From contig CP154954.1 in the NCBI GenBank assembly GCA_039621445.1, positions 46,913,847 to 46,977,846 on the forward strand: a DNA stretch of 64,000 nt, read 5' to 3'. Of this stretch, positions 12,301-22,464 are shown piece after piece. The position numbers were made by a program, and so were the translations under genes. The stretch comes from Euglena gracilis (lineage: Eukaryota). Every line of letters starts with the position of its first letter. Position 1 is the first letter of the stretch. The notes under the pieces were generated by a model that had not been told where the DNA came from, did not search any database, and was given only the letters and a program-made list of their open reading frames with translations.

Positions 12301-15300
12301 AGGAGCGGGAGGCGGCCAAGCGGAAAGCCGCCCCGGGGCCCCACAAGGACCCGGTGCCCCGGAAGCTGTCCACCGCGACCCGCCGCGAGGCGCCGGCCCA
12401 CCCGCCGCCCGGCTGGGAGCCCCCGCCGCCCCCGGTGGGGCCCCCGCCGGGGCGGCCCCCCACCAAGGCCGCAGCCCAGCGGGGAAGGGAGAGGCAGGGC
12501 GACGGAAAGGAGCGGTCCCACCCCGCCCGGGCATCTCCTTGCCGTGTGGGGGAAGCTTGCACCCCCCGCAGATTGGCCAAAGGAGGCCGGGTCAGAGCGG
12601 TGGCGGCGGAAAAGTTTTCAAACACTGTTTTGCGTGTTTTCCCCTCAAAATAGTCTTTTTGGAGGATTCCTTTTTTTCCTCGATTTCTTCTTGTTTGGGA
12701 AAAGACCACATGAAGAGCTTTTGCGTTCTCTTGTGTTCCCTCTTAATGCAGAGTTTTGGATCCAGGCTTCTTTTAAGGACCCCCCCCCCCCTTGGGTGGT
12801 GTGTGCAGGCAGGGGGGGGTATTTTTTTTAATAATCCCAGGGGTGTACCTTGTATGCAGGGGTGCCTGACCATAGCAGGCACCGCTGGTCCAGACTGGGG
12901 TTGACCCAGGTAAAGTCGTTTTCGGGCTTACCCACTGCCCACCCCAAACCTGACCCTTCGGGGGATCAAAGTGCCTGCTTGGACCTGAAATATCCACCTA
13001 ATTTCATGGGTTTCCTATTTTTGATGGCAAGGGATGATGATGTGGGTGCGAAGGTGGATGCTAAGCGAAGAATTGTTTGGGAGATGTCAAGTGGATGCAC
13101 GGATCCGATGCACCAAGAGGGCGGAAGCCTCCGCCTCCTCCTCCGCCCCCCGAGGAAGATTGGGGACAGACTTCAGCATTTGAAACGGAGGCCAAGGATA
13201 CCTTTTGAAAACAGACTTCTTTTTAGCACCCCCCCCCCCCAGGTCACCAATTGGAAAAAATTTTCTGCTTTCTGCCAAAAGCATGAAACGTGTTCCAACG
13301 GTGCTTGGTTTGAGATATCCACAATGTCCTCCCACCAAATCAAGGTTCAAACGGTTCCGCAACACCGATTTTTTGAAAATATCACAAAAAAGGCAATTTT
13401 GCTGGAATCCCCCCCAAGGTCCCGATGTGGGGGATGGCAGAGTGGGTGCATGGAGGGGTTTCCCTCTATTTTCGTTGCACAGCCCCAATTTTTTTTGAAC
13501 TACAAATTGCCCCCCCCAAAGTGGGTGCTCCCCCTGAGAGTCCCCCTCTAAGGGGTGGGGTGGATGGGTCCGTACCCCCCAGGTCCTAAAAAACCTCTGG
13601 TGCGAGGGGTGAAGTTTTTTGGCAGGGTGTTTCCTATTTGCATGAATAGTGGTACAGAGCTTTGACATGGAAGGGGTTGTGTTTTGGAGCAGGTGGAACA
13701 TGAAAACAATTCGAATCATGTTTTTTAGGGCGGGGCCTAGCTTGGACCATGTATGTGCTGGCACCATAGCAAAACGAGCAGATTTGGTCAAAGCCTGACA
13801 CAATAGGCACAACTGTCATTTTGGCCATCCTGATGGGTTTTGCGGCGTTTTCTTTTTTTGACGTTTGGGCATCTCCAGCGGCAGAAGCCTGTTGACCGAC
13901 GACGTGCAACCCGACGCTGCCGCGAAGCACCGGAGGCCCAGCCATCGTCACGAGGAGCCGGCGGCTTCCCGCGGAAAGTGGGATGGCCCGGTGTCCTTTG
14001 CGGAGGAGCCCGCTGAGTGGGATGACCCTCCACCCCGGGAACGTGCGCCAAGGCCAGCACTCCACCCTGCTGTGTTCTTGAGACCACTGAATGAGCGTTA
14101 GTTAGTGAATAGATTTGTGTGCCTATCATTAATTAGAAGGATATATTATTTATTTCGGGGTCTGTTGTTGCCCTCCCCCTTGGTGAGAAAGTGGGACTGC
14201 GTGTGCTTGTTTCTGACATTTCTCTTCGTCACCGCCCACATTGCGGATATCTCCCAAAGAATGAACCCTCTGCTGCATACTGGTGAAGGCAAACAAAAAT
14301 GGCAGAAAAATCACCAGGTACATCAAAAAAGGTACATAGAAAAATTGATGAATTGAGCCTGTATGAATTTCAAAAATTATGGTCATTGCACAAAAAGTTA
14401 CAAAAAATATTGGGCTGGAGAAATTGGCGAAAGAAATTTTGCAGTCATTTTTTGAGGTTGATAATCTAGCCCAAGATCCCCCCAACCACTGGTTTTTGGC
14501 AGAAATATCGCCCGTTTTCAATTTCCATGTCTGGGAATTTTGTATTTTCAGTGTTCAGCTCTATCCTCCTCAGTCCGCATGTATATCGGCACCCTGAAAA
14601 GGGGAGGAAAAAAACAGGAAGGTGTGGAGGGCATTGCTAAGATTGGAAATTCAAACCTTCACCAACATCCTACCCCTTGAGTGTATTCCCCCTAAATAAT
14701 AATGATTTGAACACCGAAGTCAGAGCCCAGGGGGGGGGGTTGGACCCCCAGGGATGATAGCAGCGAACAGCACACAAGAATCATGTCTTTGGAGTTGGGT
14801 CTGGGCTGCACAGGCCTCACACAATGCGCGTTGCAAGGGACCCTTTGGCACCACACCGGCAACCCTCCGTTCCGGCCATCACACGGGGAGTGCTGCCCGC
14901 AGCGGCCACGGCAGAGACAAGAGGCGGACCCTCCGCGCCGCCATGCCGACCACCGCAGCCAATGGGCCGAGGATCCCGACGAGGCTTTGTTTTCGGGCGG
15001 CCGCCGGTGGCCCTGGCAGGCCGGGGGGGGGTCCAAAGCGCCCACCGTGTGAGGCACGCCACCCCAAGTGGTGGATGGGTGTCCCCCCAAGGGGGGGTCA
15101 AGCAAAGCCTGCCGGAGAGGCATACCCCGTCCCCACCACGGGGGGCCAGTACGACCGCTACCCAGACCCCTCCCCCCCGCGCCGGGGCCCCCTCTCCCCC
15201 CTGCGGAGGCCCACCGGGCCGCCCCCCGCCCCCCCTCCGTCGTCGCGGAGGGATGCCGGGATGGCGCATGATCAGGGCTGAATGAGAACCCCAGAAACCT

Positions 15301-18300
15301 CATGGGTTTTGGTGAGTGGGGGGGGGGGGTAGGTAGGGGTCGCCCCCCCTCAAACAGGCTTTCTCATACAGCCCTGCGCCCGACCCCTACTCCTGGTCGC
15401 CTCCCCACCAGCCTGCCCGCAGAACCTCAACCCATGACCCATACATGAGGCGTGCTGTGCATGCTCATTCTACTGGGAGGGGCAAATGGATATTTTTGTG
15501 TATTTCTGTTTGCCTTTTTCGATTTTGGCAAAATGTGGGGGGGGGTTGCGATTTTTCGCTTCCCCCCACCGATTTCCTAATTTTTCCTGGGATTTTTTTT
15601 TGTTTTGGAAAGATTGCATATTTCGGTCCAATCTTTTCTCTGAAGGATTTTCCATGCAACTTACGTTTGTTCTGTTTCCACTATGCCCCCTCTTGTGGAC
15701 AGCCTGACAAAAAGCCATTGGTGAAGACACACCGGCTGCAGGCTTCTTTTTAAGACCCCCCCCCCCCCGGGTGTCCCCCCCACCCACCCAGCCTGGCGCA
15801 GGACCCCCTGGACCCCCTGGCAGGACAGGGACTGAGGGCATCCCCAAAAAATTTTCGGGGCTTCGCACTGAAACCCTACCTGGGCCTCCGCCTGGGACTT
15901 CCTCCCTGGGGGGAGGTCCCTGGACCCCCCCCCCCAGGGGGGTCTTCTGACTTAAAAAAAAAGCCTGATGCGCCGGTGCCTGGCCCGGGGTCAAGCCATT
16001 CACCCACCCACACACCCACCCACCCACCCACCAGACTGTAAGGCATGCCCCAACCCCCCCCAACCCAGGGAGTGGATCAAAGTGCCGGAAAAATTTTGGC
16101 CCTTGCATTTTCGGGCTTTTTTTTAAAAAAAATCGGCCAAAATATGTGAAAAACTGGGGGGGGAAGATATGGAATTTTTTGGTTCCGGGGGGGGGGGCGG
16201 GTCGGATCTGGGTCCCAGGAACTCCTGGGGGTGCCCACTAAGGAAATAGTGACCAGTCGCCAGGAAGGAAGCCCCCAGAGGCTTGAGGACCAGGGGAGGC
16301 TCGGGTTTTTGGGAACAATTTTGGGTCAAAGCTTTTTTCGGTTTGTTCTTGAAATATTTAAAAACCCCCAGGACAGGTGCTGGGTGTACAGGTTGCCATC
16401 TGGGCTTTTACGTACCTTGACTTCGCAGAGCGTAGAGTTGTTGTTTTTTTTGACGGTGGGGGGTTATGAGGAGCCAGAAAACAAAAGATAACTGTTGGAA
16501 TGAGATAAATGCAATTTCCAGCATTTTTTTGCAGAAAAAAGGTGATAAGTGTCAACAGCACTGAAATCACATTTTTTTTCTCTCTGCTGTTGAAAAAAAA
16601 GGATGATTAGCCTTTTCAAAGAAAGTGGATTCTTATGTGCTCCCAAAAAAATGAATGAGATTGGCGTGACAAAAATGCAGGAAATGACATGACCCTATCT
16701 TTTAAGGGTCTCCCCTCCCATGAAAATAAAAACCCGTATCAGAGATTTTTTAAAAGTTTGGTTATCTGGGGCAGGGGTCCGCCCCCCCCCACGAGGGGTG
16801 GAGCGGGCCCAGTCCAGGCTTGCGCTTAGTCGGGGGCCTCCCCCACGGGGGGGGGGGGGGTGCTAGGGGAAGGCACCCCCTGAAACCCTACCCCCCCCCC
16901 AGGGGGGGTAGGGTTTCAGGGGGTGCCTGCCCCTAGCAGGCACCCCCTCCGACCCCGGCGCCTTCGGCGCCGGGGGCCCGGAAACGGCCATTTTCAATGA
17001 AAATTTTCTGGGTCCGGCCCGAACCCCTATCCCCCCCCGGGGGGGGTGTGCCTGCTAGGGGCAGGCACCCTATAGCACCCACCCCCCCCCCCGGTTGTTA
17101 AGCACAAGCACGGCCCAGTCGAGTGAAAATTAAGTTGGGGCAGCCTGCCACAGCCCAGGGGTCTGGCTGGCCGGCCGGAAAAAGGGGCTAGCTGGACCCC
17201 CCCCCCCTTTGAGTGAGCCAGCCGGCTGCCGGGCTGGACCTGGCTGGAACCCAAAAGCCAGCAAAAGAACACAAATCCAGCCGTGTTGGTTTTTTTTTTG
17301 GTCACATTGACCGTTTCCCCCTCTTTTCCTCTTCTCGGTGGACCTTAAAAATTCCGTGACCCAGTTCCCCCAACGGAAGGAGAGGGTGGCTGATGCATCC
17401 GCAGAGAGATTGACGTCTTACCCAGTGGATTATTTATCTGCACAGGGAGTATGAGAGACAGTTGCCGCAACCACAACGAGAGCGCCATGGCCGGAGTTTG
17501 GGAGGTGTGTCGCCATGTCAAGAACACAGTTCAAAATAAAAAGTGGAAAAGTGGAAAATGGAAAAAGTAGAAAAGTGGAAAAGTAAAAAAGTGGAAAAAG
17601 TGGACAAATACAAAGTGGAGCCCCAGTTTGTATTAGTGTCCAGCGGATCCAAATATAAAGCATGGAAAAGCCCTCCTGCTATGAATTCTCTTGAACCACA
17701 TTGTATTGTCACTTTGCTTTGCGGTAGCAAAATAATGGAAAATGGAAGGCAAAAAGGGTGCCAGACCAGAGGGGTTGCTGCCAGTGCTGTGTGAGAAGCT
17801 TTGCACACCCACCCCAGCAAGTCCTTTTTTATCCAGCTCCCAATCCAGGACCAAAGATCAGAAAGAATCAAAGAATTTGTGAGAACTTTGAAGTGTCTCG
17901 AACCGCAAGAAAGAAGCCCACGTCTTTATGGTGTATTTTCTGTCCATGCCAGACGCTGGGGTTCCCCTCTCAGGCGAGCATAGTCCTCCACACGTCAGCC
18001 GCCGGAGCCCCACTCCCCCACCGAAACGGGCCTATGCCCCGCCCCCGCCGCCGGACGAGTACGCCGACTACCGGCGGCCGGAGCGGGAACGGCGGCGGGA
18101 GCGCCGCGACCTGGACAGCGAGCAGTACTGGGAGCAGCGGAGGGAGGAGGGCCGGGGGGAGCAGCGGGACGGCCGGGGCCGGCAGCCCGACTGGCGATGG
18201 GGTCCGGAGCCATGGAATGGCCGGCCCTATGCCCAGGCAGCAACTTCTGAGCTCCGACGTGTGAATTCTTGGTCTCGGCGTTGGGAATCTCTGTGGCTTA

Positions 18301-21300
18301 TTTCATTCTTCTGGTTGGCAGTTTTATTGGATTTATTGGCACAACAATTTTTTTATAAATAAGTGTGCTGTGATTTTCAAGTGCCTGAAAATTCAAGCAA
18401 AGAAATAATGCATGCTGGGAACTGTAATGTACGTCCCCCCCCTGTGCTTGACATGGCTGGTCCATGACACCGTACCCCCCCCCCCTGTGTCAACCCCCGT
18501 GTCAATTTTTTTTCTTGTACCCAAAATGCCATCTTCTTTATGGTAAACCCCCCAAATATAAAGTCGGCTTTATATTTGGACAGGAGTTCAAGACCCTCAG
18601 GGGGACTTTATTTTCAGGGGGGCTTTTTTGGATGGGGGAATCCAATTTTTTAGGTGGCCTTTATGACCTTTGGCGGCCTTCAAATGTGGCCAAATACCAA
18701 TTTTTATGCAAATTTTCGTTGTTCACCGCTTATTTTACTATGTGCTATTATTGTGCTATCCTATGTGCAATTATTATCCAAAATGGAGTATTTCTGGAGA
18801 AAAAGTTTTGTATCCGCCCAATTTTTTTTCTATTTTTCCTGCATGGCACCGTCGTCTGGTTCCATATGGGGGGGCTTAATATTTGGGCAGCAAAACCAAA
18901 CATCCTGGGGGGCTTCATATTCGTTGATATTTGGGGGGGCTTTATATTTGGGGGTTTACAGGGATGGCACGGCGTGTCCATCGTCCCCCCCCCCCCCTGT
19001 GTCAACTGCACTTTCCCCGTAAAGGGGGAGAATGTAGCATTCTCCCCCCCAGGGCCCGACCCCAAGTTGCCTTAGCACCTACCCACTCAGGGAGGCCCGC
19101 CTCTTCCCCCTGTGCGGTTGACCGACAGGAGGGGGATGGGGGAGTTTGGCACCAGGGCCTGAGGTTCAAGAGGAAAATTTGCACCCACCCCGAGTCGCAA
19201 GGGGGGAATTTTTTGCAGTTTTTGTGAGTTGCATTTCTTGCAGTATTGTTTTTATTGAGATTTTATTCATTTTTATTGACAAATTATTTTTTTTTTGAAT
19301 GCTTCTTTGCAGCACTTCTCTGAGAGAACACTGCACATGACAAATTTTGCGCATCTTTTGCAGTTTTTGCAGTTTATTCTGGAAGTGAGAATCTTTTTGG
19401 CAGCATTTTGCTAATTCTGAAGTAATTTTGATTGCATGTGGTTTTTGTTGGTGTTTTGTGCAGTTTTTTTTGCATTTGCAATTTTTGGGGTTGCCCTTGT
19501 GCGTATTATGCACCCTGCCGAGCCCAGCCCCTCCCCCAAGCTGCAGTGCTGTGGGCATGCGACCCCATGCCACAAGGCGCCCAATAAAAGAGCTTGTTTG
19601 ACTGACCCATGAGGAGGTCTGGAGAGCTTGGGTTGAGGTTCCAGGATCTTTTTTTTAAAAAAAAAACAAAAAAAATACAAATTTTGTTTATTCAAATTTT
19701 TTTTAAAAAAATCAAAATCAGCAAAAAAAATTCTGGGCAATGAAGGGAAGGGGTTTTTGGGAGGTTTGGTTTTTTTTGACAAACCCAAGGTTTGGTTTTT
19801 TTTTTTCAACATTGAATTGACCCAGCCGCTGAGGAGTTTGCCATTTTCCAGCCCATTTTGCTTGTTTGTCACTGTTTTCTTTTTTAAAACAAGAAAAAAT
19901 GCGCCCACAAGGTGGTGAAGACAGTTTCAGTTTACAGTTGTTCGTGTTTTTCATGTCAAAACCAACCGACCAGCCAGCAAGCCAACTCTCAGAATGCGTG
20001 GCCCACCTGCCATTTTGAAGGGATTTGCCCTACCAGATAATTTACCACAACTCCGCTTCAGGCAGTTTTGTCAAGTGCCTGAGGAAATTTTGGTCTTTTG
20101 TCCAGGTTCCTTTGTGTGCAGATGGGTGGGTGGGTGGGTGTACCGCCTCCTCTAATCCCCACAAATCAAGGGGCATTTTGTCACATCCGTCCCTTTCTTG
20201 AGCATTTGTTCTGGGTGACATCCAAATGCAAGTGTGAAAGAGAGCGCAAAAAAAAATCCTCTCCTGTTTTTGTGTTCTTCTGTTTAAAAGAGGATGTTTG
20301 TGGTGCCTGAAGTTGATGAATCTGCAGACAATGGCCAGGATTATGCCAGTGCTCAGGTGCCCAGAGAGTTTTTTTTTTTGGCCAACCTTTACCCGGGGAG
20401 GGTGCCTTGTACAATGGGGTGCCTGCCCGTAGTAGGCACCCCCCCCCCCCCTACTTGCACTAAGGTTTCTTGATTGTTCATGGCCAGTGTTAAATTCACT
20501 GGCCCAATTTGCTGTGTGGTGTTTGCTGGTGGTGAACCCCCCCCCCCCGGGACCAGGCAAAACTCCCTTGAAAATAGCCATTTTTGTGCCCCTGGCACCT
20601 TCAGCGCTGGGGGTGTTCATTGCACTCCACCCCAAAACCCTGCCCTCCCCCCCGGGGGGGGGGGTCGAAAGTGCCCAGCGTGAACCCAAGGTAAGTCACC
20701 TCCACAACAGACAAAAAGGGGCCAAGCACCCCCAGGGGCGCACTTCCTTGAAAAGAACACTGCCCCACCTTCCCGGGTGTCAGGGACGGGACTGCCCCTC
20801 CCCCCTCTTTTGATACCTTGCAAGGGGGAACACAAACGTGTTTTTTTGTGTTTTCGATTTTTGCAAAAAAAATTTGTGGTTTTTTCCCCAGCGATTTCCT
20901 GTTTTTTTTTGCTGGCGATTTTTGCTGAGAAATTTTTATCCCTTGGGGAAAATTCCACCTTTGGCCTGATTTTCCCCTGATACGAAGGTTTTTCGCCCAA
21001 ATCTTGTTGCCGGATGAAAAACATTCTTTTAAAACTTTTCTCAGTCCTCTTTCTCAGAAAAGTGTACATCCGGAGGAGCTCCTGAAGGAATTTGCATGCA
21101 GATTGCTTTTTTTGTGCTTTTGTTGGGGTTTTTTTTTGCATTCTTGAGGGTCCACATTGTCCCCCCCCCCCGCCGTTGTCCCCCCGTTGTCCCCCCCCGG
21201 CGTTTGTTGGGGGTTTTGTCTATTTGCATTGGCATTGCTGGGATCCAGATTGGGCCTCTACAAGGCGGAGCGCCAGTGGGCGCCGTTCCCAAGGATGGGA

Positions 21301-21391
21301 GGAGAAGACTTGGGACTCTCCTGGCCGTGCGCCCCCTGAAGGGGACGAACACAGACACACTCGTGGCAGGCACCGTGCTGCCCACAACTAG
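341..21391 (+). CDS. Multi-exon gene for a long low-complexity Pro/Arg/Ser-rich (SR-related) protein of unknown function; exon model partial
   Basis: GC-rich exons separated by repeat-filled introns. Better supported: 326-397 (ATG 341, MAAPVEEVQPPLPP), 908-1061 (MQIRLKTEDLTQLHTEERAAAVEVEMRVIP), ~1712-1872, 3244-3306, 3348-3382, 4524-~4684 (FHVGAEEKSLEELAKG), ~4921-5180, 8846-~8995 (QSRSRSKSRSRSKSRSKSRSRSK), 10264-10336, ~11264-11337, 12290-~12530, ~13871-14060, ~14840-15269, 15382-~15449, ~17973-18258 (EYADYRRPERERRRERRD), ~21249-21391. Frames at 1.6-2.4 kb, 13-17.9 kb and the 3' end are uncertain. Confidence 0.7.
1265..1542. mobile_element. hAT-like MITE in an intron
   Basis: TIR CAGGGGGTTTTTTT...AAAAAAACCCCTG; 8-bp flanking repeat GTTGGAGT/GGTGGAGT (7/8). 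Confidence 0.8.
2689..3092. mobile_element. hAT-like MITE in an intron
   Basis: Perfect 17-bp TIR CAGGCTTTTGCTTAAGG/CCTTAAGCAAAAGCCTG and perfect 8-bp TSD ATTGGATC. A related inverted copy lies at ~63243-63865. Confidence 0.92.
3383..4523 (+). other. Nonconventional (euglenid-type) intron
   Basis: TC|GTT-CAAGTGCCATCGC ... GCGGTGGCGTTTG-CCCCC|GTTC: a 13-bp terminal stem with G-U pairs and no AG acceptor. Removal gives in-frame QQFAVS-FHVGAEE. Confidence 0.8.
3556..4112. mobile_element. MITE with TAACCCCCCC(T/C)GAATAG termini; empty-site relative of the element at 28610-29923
   Basis: Inverted termini; the first ~250 bp align in reverse orientation with 29761-29923 plus 28770-28869. Confidence 0.75.
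6920..8167 (+). mobile_element. Internally deleted hAT DNA transposon with a transposase remnant
   Basis: 25-bp TIR (CAGACC(T/G)CCATTTAGT..GTATCAC, 22/25), perfect 8-bp TSD TTGCGTCA and subterminal ATGTATCAC arrays. Remnant at ~7490-7937: DWLRFEASRGM*CAICH (TTF-zinc-finger-like) ... LFKTVLWMVKHGIANRKLRSLLDLQHLN (reminiscent of ZNF862-type hAT transposases). Another repeat is nested at ~7206-7485. Confidence 0.85.
8282..8758. mobile_element. hAT-like MITE in an intron
   Basis: TIR TAGGGGTTTTCTTAAG/CTTAAGAAAACCCCTG with a degenerate flanking repeat (TCTGGGGT/CTTGGGGT). Confidence 0.7.
10337..11263 (+). other. Nonconventional intron that is itself a TIR element, with a second TIR element nested at ~10414-11049
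   Basis: CCC|AAG-CAGGGATTTTTTTTAA ... TTAAAACAGTCCCTG-GCCCC(C)|AAG, flanked by GCCCCAAG/GCCCCCAAG. The flanks join as RRKGP-KAEGAREKRSSSPSQASRSPKK. Nested TIR: GGGAGGTAGGTTCGT(G/A)GGAGGTAGG. Confidence 0.8.
15270..15381 (+). other. 112-bp MITE-like nonconventional intron
   Basis: CAT|GAT-CAGGGCTGAATGAGAA ... TTCTCATACAGCCCTG-CGCCC|GAC: 15/16 TIR, in-frame join MAH-DPYSWSPPHQ. Confidence 0.85.
15739..15967. mobile_element. MITE of the CAGGCTTCTTTTTAAG TIR family, possibly acting as an intron
   Basis: TIR CAGGCTTCTTTTTAAG/CTTAAAAAAAAAGCCTG, the same family as 45458-45740; flanks look exon-like. Confidence 0.7.
16861..16938. repeat. Near-perfect 78-bp palindrome
   Basis: TGCTAGGGGAAGGCACCCCCTGAAACCCTAC(n)-A-G(n)TAGGGTTTCAGGGGGTGCCTGCCCCTAGCA. 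Confidence 0.85.
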
Positions 21392-21849
21392 GGGAAGACA
21401 GCGAGAAGATGATGCCGCTTTGGTGGAACAACAAGGGAAGGTGCGTGCGCCCCAAAAAGGTCATTTCTTTCCAACCTGCTTTGAGCCAAAAAAAATTGGC
21501 CCAGTGAAACGGTATCTCGGGTGCATTTTTGGGGCAGAAAGACACCTTGGGCTCCACAATTTGACTGTGAAGATGCACCTGCTTCACCAGCGGCCGTGTT
21601 TATTCAGTATGATGGATTGAGGCCTTCTGTCGGAAAAGTTGGCCAATTCGGAAGTTTTCTTTGGGAAGGGATCGGAAACCCAATAGAACAATCAGCTTTA
21701 CAAAAAAACCCCAAAGAGCTGGACCACCCCGTCCTTGGTCACCGTTTCGGGAGTGTATTCCCTTAAAAAAAAATTCTAAAGAGGAAGGGGGGACTGCACC
21801 CATTGGAAGCACAACAGCATTTAAAAAGGTCTCCGAAAATGCCCTGTCG

Positions 21850-22103
21850 GGCTACACGCTTTGCCATTGCAAGGCCATGCCTTGCGCGCCTGCGGTGTTT
21901 TCTGGACGAACCCCCGGGCCCCGCACTTCCCCCTGCGAGGCAATGCCTTGCTCGCTGGCGGCCCTGTTTGGATTCCGACGCTCGGGCTCCGCTCTTTTCC
22001 CTTGCGAGGCCATGCCTTTTTTGCGAACAAGGCATGGCCCCGAAAGGTCTTTGCGCGTCGGTGTCCCGCCCTCCCTTGTCGGTTTGCCTCGGGGGAGTGC
22101 GAT
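21850..22103 (+). mobile_element. Tandem DIRS terminal fragments / miniature non-autonomous DIRS
   Basis: Three degenerate copies of the left-ITR start (CGGGCTCCGC..TTT.CCCTTG.GAGGCCATGCC). The third runs straight into right-ITR and right-extension sequence resembling 26885-26963. Confidence 0.65.
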
Positions 22104-22464
22104 CTTGGTGCCATAGGTTTGGAGGCCCCGCTCAGTGCCACCTCGCCGGGGCTGGCTGACGCCGAGCAGAGAGGAGCGCAGCGACCGGTGCGGCGCCGAA
22201 AATCGAGACGGCTGCTTTCTTTGCGGGCTCTTTTTTTGCTGCGTGTTGTGTGCGTGCGGGGGTGCCTCTTACTGTCCTTTTTTGCTGGAGGCGACTGACT
22301 CTCATTTCTGCCGTCGATTTAAAGACAAAAGACTTTCAACTCAGCCAGCTCACCGACAAGAAATTGCGCAGCGTAATTGAACTTCTGAGACGAATTTCAA
22401 GGGACTTCCATGAGAAATGTAGTTCAAAAATTTCCAGCCGCCAAGCAGAACGTCGAGGAATTCT

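Noticed and set aside
8002-12904. Long ORFs 8002-9018 and 11816-12904, and most other ORF-track entries
   Set aside because: They run through MITEs and homopolymer tracts; the real exons inside are read in other frames.
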